A stretch of DNA of 64,000 nt from Candidatus Kapaibacteriota bacterium (GCA_048594725.1 JBMDXA010000167.1:496-64495); one strand, 5' to 3'; counted from the first letter of the stretch, positions 1-11,253 are shown. The notes: a model not told the origin generated them from the sequence alone. Program-made: numbers and translations.

Positions 1-1380
<1,380 letters not shown>

Positions 1381-1474
1381 GCAACGTTGTTCCCGCGCCG
1401 GATTCGCTTCCGGTGCGCAACCTCTCTCCTGTTCCCCCGTTAATCCTGAATTTTCAAACCAATCAACAGGGTAG

Positions 1475-2962
1475 ATGAAAATTTCCGTCCAACGCTTCAA
1501 GGCCGAAGGATATTCGGCCGATACCACGGCGGTCTTCATCCAGCAGGATGAAGCCGGATTTGGTGCACAGACCGACAAGGTCCGCGAGCTCTGGGGAGCC
1601 GCAGCCACCCCTCTCGACAGCAGGGATTTCACCGGCGCCAAGGACTCGAGCTTTCTGGTCTATACCGGCTCGAAGAAGTCCCCGCGCCTGATTCTGGTAG
1701 GTATCGGCGATGGAGGGAAGATTTCGCTGGAGCGGGTACGCCGTTCGGCGGCGGTAGCCGCGCAGCGCGCGTCCGGATTGAAGTCCGAAACCCTCGCCAT
1801 CGTACTCCCGAATCTCCCGCTCGATCAGGCGGAGATCGCCCAGGCGATCGTGGAGGGGGCATGCCTCGGCATCTACTCGTACGATAAGTTCTTCACCGAA
1901 AACAAGCCGTCCCGCAAGCTCGCCAAACTCGTCATCCTTGTGGATGAGGGAACCGATCTGAACCAGGCCAAGCGCGGAATCGCCGTCGGCGAAGCCATCG
2001 CCAACGGTGTTACCCTGGCGCGTGATCTCACCAACGCCCCTTCCAACGAGCTGGACCCGGAAGCGCTTGCCAACCAGGCAAAAGCTCTGGCCGGACTGAA
2101 CGTGAAGGTGACGGTGCTGAACAAGACGCAGATCGAGAAGCTGGGCATGGGTGGTCTTATCGCCGTGAACCAGGGAAGCGTTCGCCCTCCGTTCTTCGTG
2201 ATTATGGAATGGAACGGCGGAAAGAAGGGGGAGGCACCGGTGGTGCTCGTGGGAAAAGGTCTTACGTTCGATTCCGGCGGCATCTCCATCAAGCCGGCCG
2301 CCGGCATGGGAGAGATGAAGATGGATATGGGAGGCGCCGCCGCCGTTATCGGCACCATGCGCTCGGTGGCCGAGCTGAAGCTCCCGGTCAATGTGGTGGC
2401 TCTGGTTCCGACCACGGAGAATATGCCCTCCGGCAGCGCGTTCAAGCCGGGTGATGTCATCAGCTTCATGAACGGCAAGACCGCCGAGATCGACAACACC
2501 GATGCCGAGGGGCGTCTGGTGCTGGCCGATGCCTTGGTCTACGCCTCCCGCTACAAGCCGCAGGCGGTGATCGATCTTGCCACGCTTACCGGCGCCTGCG
2601 TTATCGCGCTGGGAAATGTCGCCTCCGGACTTCTCGGCAATAACGAGGGGCTGAACACCAAGATCCGCGAGGCAGGGGAGAGGAGCTACGATCGTGTGGT
2701 GGAACTTCCGCTCTGGGAGGAATACGAGGAGCTTATCAAGAGCGATATCGCCGATGTGAAGAACTCCGGAGGCCGGGCAGCCGGTACCATCTCCGCGGCT
2801 CTCTTCCTCCAGCACTTCGTTGATGGCTATCCCTGGGCCCACCTCGATATCGCCGGCACGGCGATGATCCCGAAGGGCTACGGATATCTGAACAAGGGGG
2901 GCACAGGGGCCGGCGTGCGGCTTCTGGTGGATATGCTCCGCAACTGGAACGGCATCTCCTGA
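1475..2962 (+). CDS. pepA: Leucyl aminopeptidase (M17 family)
   Basis: 495 aa. Carries the M17 signature 'NTDAEGRLVLADAL' and the 'VGKGLTFDSGG' motif. N-terminal domain followed by the catalytic domain. Confidence 0.9.
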   Translation: MKISVQRFKAEGYSADTTAVFIQQDEAGFGAQTDKVRELWGAAATPLDSRDFTGAKDSSFLVYTGSKKSPRLILVGIGDGGKISLERVRRSAAVAAQRASGLKSETLAIVLPNLPLDQAEIAQAIVEGACLGIYSYDKFFTENKPSRKLAKLVILVDEGTDLNQAKRGIAVGEAIANGVTLARDLTNAPSNELDPEALANQAKALAGLNVKVTVLNKTQIEKLGMGGLIAVNQGSVRPPFFVIMEWNGGKKGEAPVVLVGKGLTFDSGGISIKPAAGMGEMKMDMGGAAAVIGTMRSVAELKLPVNVVALVPTTENMPSGSAFKPGDVISFMNGKTAEIDNTDAEGRLVLADALVYASRYKPQAVIDLATLTGACVIALGNVASGLLGNNEGLNTKIREAGERSYDRVVELPLWEEYEELIKSDIADVKNSGGRAAGTISAALFLQHFVDGYPWAHLDIAGTAMIPKGYGYLNKGGTGAGVRLLVDMLRNWNGIS

Positions 2963-3009
2963 TGCCCCCGGCGAGAGCAGCGCTCCATGGAATAGCGATG
3001 TACGATAGA

Positions 3010-3040
3010 AAGGCGGCCTCAGGGTCGCCTTCTTCGTTTC
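3010..3040 (+). terminator. Putative rho-independent terminator after pepA
   Basis: Stem AAGGCGGCC / GGTCGCCTT (one G-U wobble) with a 4-nt loop, followed by the T-rich tail CTTCGTTTCT. Confidence 0.4.
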
Positions 3041-3194
3041 TGGCCCCAACCTTGCTCTAAAAAGAGAGGTATTCCTTCACGGATCAGAAGTGGAAAAGCT
3101 CCATTTCTACCGTTGATTGGGAGCAAGTCACCGACGTTCCACGCTACTGCGCAACATAGTCACCTGAAACCCCTCATTTCTTGAAAATTTCGAC

Positions 3195-3480
3195 GGTGGT
3201 TTTCCACAGCCTTTTCCACTTATCCCGATTCTCCTCTGGAAATCCGGTGGATGCGCTGTGGTTATCCCTGTGGAAATCGCCCCTTAAAGTAATCTATCAA
3301 CACCCCTGTGGATAACTATGTACTTATCCACAACTAATCCACAGATATCCCCATCCGGTATTACCTTCTTTTCACATACATTTCCCCGCTTTTCAAGGTT
3401 TCCCACTCCATTATCCACTAATCCACAGTCTTATACACCATCATCAAACTTTATAATTATACTTATAGGAGAATAGATAG
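3195..3480. other. DnaA-box cluster plus AT-rich tract: candidate chromosomal replication origin (oriC) or DnaA-regulated region
   Basis: Two perfect DnaA boxes: TGTGGATAA at 3307-3315 (reverse orientation) and TTATCCACA at 3324-3332. One-mismatch boxes: TTTTCCACA (~3201), TAATCCACA (3337-3345), TTATCCACT (3412-3420) and TAATCCACA (3421-3429). Further 2-mismatch boxes near 3258-3275. A strongly AT-rich tract at 3430-3480 (ACTTTATAATTATACTTATAGGAGAATAGATAGGAAGAATAG) follows and may act as a DNA-unwinding element. The local GC drop contrasts with ~64% GC flanks. Confidence 0.5.
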
Positions 3481-3760
3481 GAAGAATAGCTGTGAGAAGA
3501 AGAGAGTTGTGAAACGTATCCGGTTCGTAGAGATTCCTTGAAAGCAGAAAGAGCTCCCCTCCGTATCCCACCTGACACTCTTGACAGTACCCTCTGACCC
3601 CATGGCAGTGATTTTCGATAAGAGGCGCCATACTGGCAGCTTCCCTATCATCTTCTCCTATCCAACCCCCAAATTCCTTGAAACTTTAGCCTTTTTCTCT
3701 CGTGGCATAGCTGTTGGATCATACCTACAGCACATAGAACATTTATGGAGTGAGGAAATC

Positions 3761-4204
3761 ATGGCACGACGAGACTTTGAGTGGATGCGGGAGATTCAGG
3801 ACGTTGCAAGCCGGTTCAAGGATTATTTCGAGAATTTCGAGCCCCCCACACCCCCGCAGCAGCAGGGAGAGCGTCCCGCCAAGCAGCGGTACGATCTGTA
3901 TGTGGAGGATAACAACGTCTGTGTGGAAGTTGAGCTTCCCGGAATGAAGAAGGAGGATCTGCGGATCACGATGGCCGGAGACGCCGTCGAGGTTTCCGGG
4001 GAGAGAAAGCCGGTGCGCAAGGATGGAACGCCGCTTCTCCGGGGAAATCGCAAGTATGGGGCATTTACCTGCCGCATAGAGCTTCCGAAGGAGGCCGATC
4101 TCGATCTTGCAAATGCCTCCGCCTCGTATACCGACGGAGTTCTCCGGATCATGCTTCCTCAGGCCGGTGGAAAAGGCTTTGGTTTCTCCATCCCCGTAGA
4201 GTAG
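3761..4204 (+). CDS. Hsp20/alpha-crystallin family small heat-shock protein
   Basis: ACD domain: 'YDLYVEDNNVCVEVELPGMKKEDLRITMAGDAVEVSGERK...GAFTCRIELP...DGVLRIMLPQ'. GAGGAA RBS-like motif 8 nt upstream of the ATG at 3761. The track ORF starts earlier (3581), but the upstream part overlaps the DnaA-box/AT-rich region. Confidence 0.85.
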   Translation: MARRDFEWMREIQDVASRFKDYFENFEPPTPPQQQGERPAKQRYDLYVEDNNVCVEVELPGMKKEDLRITMAGDAVEVSGERKPVRKDGTPLLRGNRKYGAFTCRIELPKEADLDLANASASYTDGVLRIMLPQAGGKGFGFSIPVE

Positions 4205-4302
4205 GATGGGGAAGGGGTAGTGAAGAGGAACGAGATAGTATGAGTTAGTCGAGAGCAATAACGAAGTACATATATCATTAACACACAGGAGTAGAAACTA
4301 TC

Positions 4303-6207
4303 ATGGGCAAGATCATTGGAATTGATCTTGGAACGACGAACTCAGTGGTTGCCGTGATGGAGGGAACCACGCCGACCGTTATCCCGAACAGCGAGGGAGC
4401 GCGTACCACCCCTTCGGTCGTGGCATTTACCAAGTCCGGCGACCGCCTTGTGGGGCAGGCTGCCAAGCGCCAGGCCGTTACCAATCCCAAGAACACGATC
4501 TTTTCGATCAAGCGCTTCATGGGACGCACCGAGGCCGAGGTGAAGGAAGAGGAGAGGATGGTGCCGTACGAGGTGGTGGCCGGCGAAGGTGGCTCCGCCC
4601 GTGTCCGCATCGACGATCGCCTCTATTCTCCTCCCGAGATCTCCGCGATGATCCTCCAGAAGATGAAGCAGACCGCGGAGGATTACCTGGGGCAGAAGGT
4701 TACCGAGGCCGTTATCACGGTTCCGGCATACTTCAACGATTCCCAGCGCCAGGCTACCAAGGATGCGGGCGAGATCGCCGGTCTCCAGGTGCGCCGTATC
4801 ATCAACGAGCCCACGGCCGCCGCTCTGGCGTACGGTCTGGACAAGAAGGGACGTAACGAGAAGGTTGCCGTCTACGATCTCGGCGGCGGTACGTTCGATA
4901 TCTCGGTTCTCGAGCTGGGCGATGGCGTTTTCGAGGTGAAGTCCACCAACGGTGATACCCATCTCGGCGGCGACAACTTCGACCAGCGTCTGGTCGATTT
5001 CCTGGCCGATGAGTTCAAGAAATCGGATGGCATCGATCTGCGCACTGATGCCATGGCTCTGCAGCGCCTCAAGGAGGCCGCTGAGAAGGCCAAGATGGAG
5101 CTTTCGCAGATGATGCAGACCGATGTGAACCTCCCGTTCATTACGGCCACCCAGGACGGTCCCAAGCACCTGAACCTGACGATCACCCGCGCCAAGTTCG
5201 AGCAGTTGTGCGAGGATCTGTTCCGCCGCACGCTCGATCCCTGCCATCAGGCACTGAAGGATGCCGGTTTGAACCCCACCCAGATCGACGAAGTGATCCT
5301 GGTGGGCGGTTCCATCCGTATCCCGAAGATCCAGCAGCTGGTGCGCGAGTTCTTCGGCAAGGAGCCGAACAAGGGGGTCAATCCGGATGAGGTTGTGGCG
5401 ATCGGTGCGGCTATCCAGGGCGCGGTGCTTCAGGGTGACGTGCAGGACGTGCTCCTGCTGGATGTCACCCCGCTGACGCTCGGCATCGAGACGCTGGGCG
5501 GCGTGATGACGCCGATGATCCCGTCGAACACGACGATCCCGACCAAGAAGACGGAGATCTTCTCGACGGCGGCCGACAGCCAGCCCTCCGTGGAGATCCA
5601 TATCCTCCAGGGCGAGCGTCCGATGGCGAACGACAACAAGTCGCTGGGCAAGTTCCATCTCGATGGCATCCCCCCGGCGCCGCGTGGCGTTCCGCAGATC
5701 GAGGTGACGTTCGATATCGATGCCAACGGCATTCTGAACGTCTCGGCAAAGGATAAGGCCAGCGGCAAGGAGCAGTCCATCCATATCACCTCTTCGAGCG
5801 GTCTTTCCCAGCAGGAGATCGACCGTATGAAGCGTGAGGCACAGGATAACTCCGCTACCGACCGTAAGCGCAAGGAGGAGGTCGAGGTTCGCAATCAGGC
5901 TGACCAGACCGTCTTCTCCACCCGCAAGCAGCTCAGCGAGCTTGGGGATAAGATCCCGGCCGATGGAAAGGCGAAGATCGAGGCTGCCGTGGAAAAGCTG
6001 GAGAACGCGCTGAAGAGTGGTTCGTTCGATGAGATCCGTTCCTCCAAGGATGAAGTGGATCGTATCTGGAGCGAGGTTTCACAGCAGATGTACTCGCAGG
6101 CTTCGCAGGAGGGTGCACCCCAGCAGGATGGGGGCGCTGCCGGCGGCCAGGGAGGCGGCAAGAACGTCGAGGACGCCGACTACACCATCGTTGAAGACGA
6201 GAAGTAG
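4303..6207 (+). CDS. dnaK: Molecular chaperone DnaK (Hsp70)
   Basis: 634 aa with hallmark Hsp70 motifs 'GIDLGTTNS', 'DLGGGTFD' and '[11 protein letters not shown]', plus a C-terminal GGxG-rich tail ending 'EDEK'. Confidence 0.97.
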   Translation: MGKIIGIDLGTTNSVVAVMEGTTPTVIPNSEGARTTPSVVAFTKSGDRLVGQAAKRQAVTNPKNTIFSIKRFMGRTEAEVKEEERMVPYEVVAGEGGSARVRIDDRLYSPPEISAMILQKMKQTAEDYLGQKVTEAVITVPAYFNDSQRQATKDAGEIAGLQVRRIINEPTAAALAYGLDKKGRNEKVAVYDLGGGTFDISVLELGDGVFEVKSTNGDTHLGGDNFDQRLVDFLADEFKKSDGIDLRTDAMALQRLKEAAEKAKMELSQMMQTDVNLPFITATQDGPKHLNLTITRAKFEQLCEDLFRRTLDPCHQALKDAGLNPTQIDEVILVGGSIRIPKIQQLVREFFGKEPNKGVNPDEVVAIGAAIQGAVLQGDVQDVLLLDVTPLTLGIETLGGVMTPMIPSNTTIPTKKTEIFSTAADSQPSVEIHILQGERPMANDNKSLGKFHLDGIPPAPRGVPQIEVTFDIDANGILNVSAKDKASGKEQSIHITSSSGLSQQEIDRMKREAQDNSATDRKRKEEVEVRNQADQTVFSTRKQLSELGDKIPADGKAKIEAAVEKLENALKSGSFDEIRSSKDEVDRIWSEVSQQMYSQASQEGAPQQDGGAAGGQGGGKNVEDADYTIVEDEK

Positions 6208-6243
6208 GAAGCCGGTGATCGTTTGATGACCGTACGATAACAG

Positions 6244-6278
6244 AAAGGGGATCGGCAGCTATGCCGGTCCCCTTTTTC
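6244..6278. terminator. Rho-independent terminator (bidirectional; dnaK and the convergent lipoprotein gene)
   Basis: AAAGGGGATCGG-cagctatg-CCGGTCCCC followed by TTTTT: a 9-bp GC-rich stem with one wobble and a U-tract. On the other strand an A-tract/T-tract serves the minus-strand gene ending at 6297. Confidence 0.6.
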
Positions 6279-6296
6279 GTAGATATTTCGGGCCTT

Positions 6297-6632
6297 TTAC
6301 TGGCTCATCTTGTCTGCCGGCTCATTCTGGACGGCTTCCATGAGGCGCTGTGCGCTGTCGAGCGTCTGGCGGAGCTGATCCGGATTGGCCGTCAGTTTCC
6401 TCAGCTCCTCTCGCAGTTCCTCTTCATTCTCGAATCCGTACGACCTCACCACACTATCCACGGAGCGTTTCGCCGAGGCCGAATCCCCCGTCACCATGTT
6501 CTTGGCGATCAGCATCTCAGCATATGCTTTTGCGATCTTCTGCTGTTGCTCCTGGGAGATCGTCTGCTGGCATCCGCCAAGGCAGAGAGGGAGGAGCAAC
6601 GCAACAACCAGCGTCCGGGGCTTACTTGGCAT
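6297..6632 (-). CDS. Hypothetical lipoprotein
   Basis: Start chosen at 'MPSKPRTLVVALLLPLCLGGCQQ', a signal peptide with lipobox L-G-G-C. This gives an 11-nt overlap with the upstream gene rather than 80 nt. Coiled, charged mature part. Confidence 0.45.
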   Translation of the reverse strand: MPSKPRTLVVALLLPLCLGGCQQTISQEQQQKIAKAYAEMLIAKNMVTGDSASAKRSVDSVVRSYGFENEEELREELRKLTANPDQLRQTLDSAQRLMEAVQNEPADKMSQ

Positions 6633-7134
6633 CGATAACCTTTTGCAGTCTGGTAGCCAGTGCTTCGATCTGTGCTGCCGTTCCCTTTCCGTAGGTGACA
6701 TGTTCCACCACCCCTTTCCTGTTCACCACCACGAAGTTTGGATATCCCTCCGTCATATTGAAGTTGGTGATAAGCACCCCGTCCCAGTCCATAAGCACCG
6801 AGTAGGTGAATTTATCCTTGAACTGTCCGCGGATGAATCCCTTCAGAAAACCTGGCACCGTGCGCAGATCGGCCACCGGTACGAAGCGGACCTGAGCGCT
6901 CTTGAACCGGGGTACCAGTACCTTGGTCCAGTTGTCGCTATACTCGTATCCGCTTCTATCGCTCAGCACAAACACCGTCGTCTCCCCCTTGAAATGACCT
7001 GCGTTCCACTCACGTTCAAATTGATCTTCGATGGTGAAATCCGGTATTCTGCTTCCAATGAGTGCCGTATTGGTGTAGGCAGTTGCGCCGGCCACGATCA
7101 TGGTTGCCAACAGAACGGAGGCTCTGCATATCAT
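6622..7134 (-). CDS. Secreted thioredoxin-fold protein (TlpA/YtfJ-like) lacking the CxxC motif
   Basis: N-terminal signal peptide 'MICRASVLLATMIVAGATA'. Redoxin-like spacing 'TTVFVLSDRSGYEYSD...' in which the catalytic Cys pair is replaced by SDRSG. Family assignment by pattern only. Confidence 0.45.
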   Translation of the reverse strand: MICRASVLLATMIVAGATAYTNTALIGSRIPDFTIEDQFEREWNAGHFKGETTVFVLSDRSGYEYSDNWTKVLVPRFKSAQVRFVPVADLRTVPGFLKGFIRGQFKDKFTYSVLMDWDGVLITNFNMTEGYPNFVVVNRKGVVEHVTYGKGTAAQIEALATRLQKVIDAK

Positions 7135-7135
7135 A

Positions 7136-7522
7136 TTATCCTTCCTTCTCCTCGGGTTTCGGTCGTTTGTTGATGTAGAGTTTCAGCGGGGTTTCGCGAT
7201 TCCTGTTCGTGGTAACCTCGATCACGATCGGCTGGGTGGCCGATACTCTATCGGAGGTTACCGCCACATATATATCCCCCGGATTGTCCTTCGTTGCGAT
7301 ATTGCGTTGTACCGTTGCCAGCACGCATCCGCAACTGGGGTGTACCTGCTCGATCACCACCAGGCTGTCGCTGTTGTTGAGTACTTTCAGACGGAAGCTC
7401 TCGTACTTCGATGTGTCGGAAACGTAGTACTGCGTGATATTCAGCCGTGGCTCAGGCGTCGTCTGCTGTAGTGCGACAACGGATGTAATCAGAGCCATTG
7501 CAAGCGAAAGCATATATGTCAT
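7136..7522 (-). CDS. DUF1573-like secreted protein
   Basis: Signal peptide plus the conserved 'HPSCGCVLAT' motif typical of DUF1573 proteins of FCB-group bacteria. 1-nt gap to the downstream gene, so a three-gene minus-strand operon 7522->6297. Confidence 0.5.
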   Translation of the reverse strand: MTYMLSLAMALITSVVALQQTTPEPRLNITQYYVSDTSKYESFRLKVLNNSDSLVVIEQVHPSCGCVLATVQRNIATKDNPGDIYVAVTSDRVSATQPIVIEVTTNRNRETPLKLYINKRPKPEEKEG

Positions 7523-7964
7523 GGCTGGCCTGCCGGTATAGAGTGTTGCACGTTGGCTGTTGCTACCAAACGTCGATGAGGCGAATTTACGTAGAACTGA
7601 TGACGCATATCCGCCCCTTTCAGTTCCGCCTCCCTATCCGGTTCCAACTTTTCTTGTGCCGCACCATAGCGGGCGGCTAATCGTCGTTACCCCGATACCG
7701 GTACGGGAAGGGTCTATCACGACAGGAGATTTCCCCATCGGTTTAGCCCCGCTTTCTTTTCATGTCCTCGGAGATGAATCTTTCTCCGGTGCCTGATGTG
7801 GATAGAGAATGTGGAAAAGGGGATAACAATGCCCGGTTATCCACACCGGAAGAGGGGGAACTGGCCGAAGGCCCACCGGGGGAGTCAACAGTGTTTTCCA
7901 CTGGAGAGTTCCTGCGCTGTTCCACATCCATGGCCGGATATGCCGGAATGCTTTTCAAGAGATT

Positions 7965-9317
7965 ATGATCGATTCCAACGATACCATTGTTGCCAGGGCC
8001 ACACCGCTTGGAACGGCTGGGGTGGGGATTGTCCGGCTGAGCGGGACAGATGCGTTTTCCATTGCCGACCGCATCTTCCGTGCAGCCGGCTCCCGTTCAT
8101 TTCTGGAACTCTCTCCCCGTTTTCTGTCCGGAGGAGCCATCCTGATGGATGAGCGTATTCTGGATCACTGTCTCGCGGTACGCTTTCAGAACCCTCATTC
8201 CTTCACCGGCGATGATGTGGTAGAATTTCATCTGCATGGAAATCTCCTTATCGCCGAGCATGTCATCAACCTCTGCATTCGCCACGGGGCACGGCTGGCT
8301 ACCGCCGGGGAGTTCACCAAGCGCGCATTTTTGAACGGGAAGATCGATCTTACCCAGGTCGAGGCTCTCGCCGACGTGCTTGCCTCGGAATCAGAACAGG
8401 CGCTTTTCATAGCCCAGCGCCAGCTCCACGGCGAGCTTCGCGATCGTTTGCAGGGGTTCCGCGATCGTCTGCTGAAGGTTCTTGCCCTGCTGGAGCTGGA
8501 GCTTGATTTTGTTCAGGAGGGATATCACTTTGCCAGCATCGATCAGGTAGAAGGGCTTCTGGAGCAATTGCGTTCGTTTGTGGCCGATCTTCTCGGCACG
8601 TATCAGACCGGCGCGCGGCTGCGCCGTGGACCCAGGGTTCTGCTTCTGGGACGCCCCAATGCCGGTAAATCCAGCTTGTTCAATGCTCTTGTGGGGCATA
8701 CTCGTGCTCTGGTAAGCCCGGTGGCGGGCACAACCCGCGATTATCTTGAGGAGCCCGTGGCATACGGCGGCGTACAGTTCCGCTTTGTGGATACTGCCGG
8801 CCTGCGTTCCACAAGCGATCTCCTGGAAGCCGAGGGGGTGGCGCGGGCCATCGATCTGGTTGCCACGGCCGATCATCTGCTCTATCTGATCGATGGGGTG
8901 GATGAGGCCCATATCACTGCCGAGCTCCAGGAGATGGCTCATTTGCAGCAACAGTTCCCCGCTACGGTCTGCACGCCGGTTTTTACAAAGTCCGATCTTC
9001 GTTCCATGGGAAATCATGGCTCCCTGGCCTGCTCGGTGGGGGACCGCAATTCCCTGAAGGGAATTCTGGATCATCTGCTTCAGGGATATACCTCGGCGCT
9101 CTCCGAATCGATAGCCTTGCTCAATCACCGTCAGTTCCTGTTGCTCGACTCGATGCGCCACACTCTGGAAGGTATCTCCTATACATCCCTCTCCGATACC
9201 GAGCTGCTCTCCGATGACCTCCGTACATTGCTTCGCCCCCTCTCGGAACTCACCGGTGATGTAGTGAACGATGATGTGCTGAATACCCTTTTTTCGTCAT
9301 TCTGCATCGGTAAATGA
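7965..9317 (+). CDS. mnmE: tRNA modification GTPase MnmE (TrmE)
   Basis: N-terminal 'TIVARATPLGTAGVGIVRLSG', G-domain 'GRPNAGKSSLFNAL...DTAG', and C-terminal 'CIGK' motif that ends the protein. Confidence 0.93.
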   Translation: MIDSNDTIVARATPLGTAGVGIVRLSGTDAFSIADRIFRAAGSRSFLELSPRFLSGGAILMDERILDHCLAVRFQNPHSFTGDDVVEFHLHGNLLIAEHVINLCIRHGARLATAGEFTKRAFLNGKIDLTQVEALADVLASESEQALFIAQRQLHGELRDRLQGFRDRLLKVLALLELELDFVQEGYHFASIDQVEGLLEQLRSFVADLLGTYQTGARLRRGPRVLLLGRPNAGKSSLFNALVGHTRALVSPVAGTTRDYLEEPVAYGGVQFRFVDTAGLRSTSDLLEAEGVARAIDLVATADHLLYLIDGVDEAHITAELQEMAHLQQQFPATVCTPVFTKSDLRSMGNHGSLACSVGDRNSLKGILDHLLQGYTSALSESIALLNHRQFLLLDSMRHTLEGISYTSLSDTELLSDDLRTLLRPLSELTGDVVNDDVLNTLFSSFCIGK

Positions 9318-9350
9318 CTTCATGTTCCACGTGAAACTTTCTATCTGTCT

Positions 9351-11171
9351 ATGTTGAGGTACGATGTTATTGTCATCGGTGGCGGGCATGCGGGGATCGA
9401 AGCATCCTCGGCAGCCGCCCGTATGGGATGCCGGACCCTCCTTGTGACGGCTGATCTCTCTGCTATCGGACGGCTTTCCTGCAATCCCGCCATTGGCGGA
9501 ATGGCGAAGGGACAGCTTGTCTGCGAGATAGATGCTCTGGGAGGGGAGATGGGGCGGCTGGCGGATCTCTCCGGCATACAGTTCAAGATGCTGGGAACGT
9601 CCAAGGGGCCGGCGATGTGGTCGCCACGGTCGCAGAACGATAAGGATCTCTATCCTCTCTATGCCCAGAATCGCTTGAAGGAGATAGAGCTCCTCGATCT
9701 GCTTGAGGGGATGGTTGAGGATGTCCGATTGGAAGATGGCCGTGTGGCAGGTATTCGTCTGGGGGATGGGACCGATATCTCCTGCTCGGCGCTCATTATC
9801 TGCTCGGGAACCTTTCTCTGTGGCCGTATGCATACCGGAGCCGAACAGACCGCCGGTGGAAGAGTGGAGGAGGCATCTGCCGAGGGGTTGAGCGGATCAT
9901 TGCGGGATGTGGGATTTGTGACCGGCCGGCTCAAGACCGGGACACCACCCCGGGTCAGCCGCCGGTCGCTGGACCTCTCGCTCTGTGATGCTGATGGAGG
10001 AGATCGTAATCCGCAGCCGTTTTCACGTTCCACAGCATCGGTAGAGAATAGAATAGAGTGCTATCTCACCTCTACAACCCCTGAAACGCACGAGATTCTC
10101 AAAACCGGTTTCGACGATTCGCCGATGTTTACCGGGCGTATCACTGGAACCGGACCCCGCTACTGTCCCTCGATAGAGGATAAGATCCATCGTTTCGCGG
10201 AGAAGGAGAGCCACCAGATCTTTCTGGAACCAGAAGGACTGGATACGGATTCGGTGTATGTGAATGGTTTTTCCACCTCGTTGCCCAAGGAAGTGCAGCT
10301 GGCAGGACTGCGGAGCATACCCCCTCTGGCGCAGTGCGAGATCCTTCGCTATGGCTATGCGGTAGAATATGATTACTTCCCGTCGTATCAGCTTCATCTC
10401 ACCATGGAGAGCAAGCTGGTGGGAGGTCTGTTCTTTGCGGGACAGGTGAATGGAACTTCCGGATATGAGGAGGCGGCCGCTCAGGGACTGATTGCTGGCA
10501 TCAATGCGGCGTTGAGCACACAGGGACGGGATGCCTTCATCCTCAGTCGTTCCCAGGGCTATATCGGGGTTCTGATCGATGACCTGGTAAACCTTACGAT
10601 CCTGGAGCCGTACCGGATGTTCACATCGCGCGCTGAATACCGTCTTCTGCTGCGCCAGGATAACGCTGATCTGCGGCTGACCCATCTGGGCTACCAGCTC
10701 GGTCTTGTAGGGGAGTCTCAGATGGAACGAGCCCGCCGAAAGCAGGAGGGGGTGGATGCTGCTGTGGAACTGCTCCGGAACCGGTCGGTGCTGCCGGCTG
10801 ATGCTTCGCAGGCGACACGTGCCTGGCAGTTCCTGAAACGTCCTGAGGCGGGCGTAGAAGATGTGCTGGCATTGGTGGACCGGGATGATCCGTTGCATAC
10901 CATCCTCGCCAACCGGGATGTTGCGGAACAGATCGATATCATCGCCAAGTACGACGGGTATATCAAACGGCAGATGGAAGAGGTGGAGCGCTTTGCTGCA
11001 TCGGAGAATACCCTGATTCCCCCTGCCATCGATTATAACCGCATCCAGTCGCTTTCATCGGAGGCCAGGGAGAAGCTGACGAAGGTACGTCCCCGGTCCT
11101 TGGGGCAGGCCAGCCGCATCGCCGGCGTAAGCCGTTCCGATCTCTCCGTTCTGACCCTTTATATTCGCTAG
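9351..11171 (+). CDS. mnmG: tRNA uridine 5-carboxymethylaminomethyl modification enzyme MnmG (GidA)
   Basis: FAD fold 'YDVIVIGGGHAGIEAS'; 606 aa with the conserved GidA C-terminal domain. 33 nt downstream of mnmE, so an operon. Confidence 0.95.
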   Translation: MLRYDVIVIGGGHAGIEASSAAARMGCRTLLVTADLSAIGRLSCNPAIGGMAKGQLVCEIDALGGEMGRLADLSGIQFKMLGTSKGPAMWSPRSQNDKDLYPLYAQNRLKEIELLDLLEGMVEDVRLEDGRVAGIRLGDGTDISCSALIICSGTFLCGRMHTGAEQTAGGRVEEASAEGLSGSLRDVGFVTGRLKTGTPPRVSRRSLDLSLCDADGGDRNPQPFSRSTASVENRIECYLTSTTPETHEILKTGFDDSPMFTGRITGTGPRYCPSIEDKIHRFAEKESHQIFLEPEGLDTDSVYVNGFSTSLPKEVQLAGLRSIPPLAQCEILRYGYAVEYDYFPSYQLHLTMESKLVGGLFFAGQVNGTSGYEEAAAQGLIAGINAALSTQGRDAFILSRSQGYIGVLIDDLVNLTILEPYRMFTSRAEYRLLLRQDNADLRLTHLGYQLGLVGESQMERARRKQEGVDAAVELLRNRSVLPADASQATRAWQFLKRPEAGVEDVLALVDRDDPLHTILANRDVAEQIDIIAKYDGYIKRQMEEVERFAASENTLIPPAIDYNRIQSLSSEAREKLTKVRPRSLGQASRIAGVSRSDLSVLTLYIR

Positions 11172-11209
11172 AGAGTGAATGAACGGGACCGACATGCAGG
11201 AGAACATTC

Positions 11210-11253
11210 AGAGAGCCGCTACAGAATTTCCTCAGGGGATATAGCGGCTCTCT
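11210..11253. other. Perfect 12-bp inverted repeat (AGAGAGCCGCTA ... TAGCGGCTCTCT) with 20-nt loop, downstream of mnmG
   Basis: Read directly from the sequence; no U-tract follows. Could be an intrinsic terminator variant or a protein-binding palindrome. Confidence 0.3.

Noticed and set aside
3581-3760. N-terminal 60-codon extension of the hsp20 ORF given in the track
   Set aside because: It would run through the AT-rich/DnaA-box region and lacks an RBS. The ATG at 3761 has a GAGGAA motif upstream and aligns with where Hsp20 N-termini begin.
4342-5784. 480-aa minus-strand ORF inside dnaK
   Set aside because: Antisense to dnaK; low-complexity Arg/Leu/Gly-rich.
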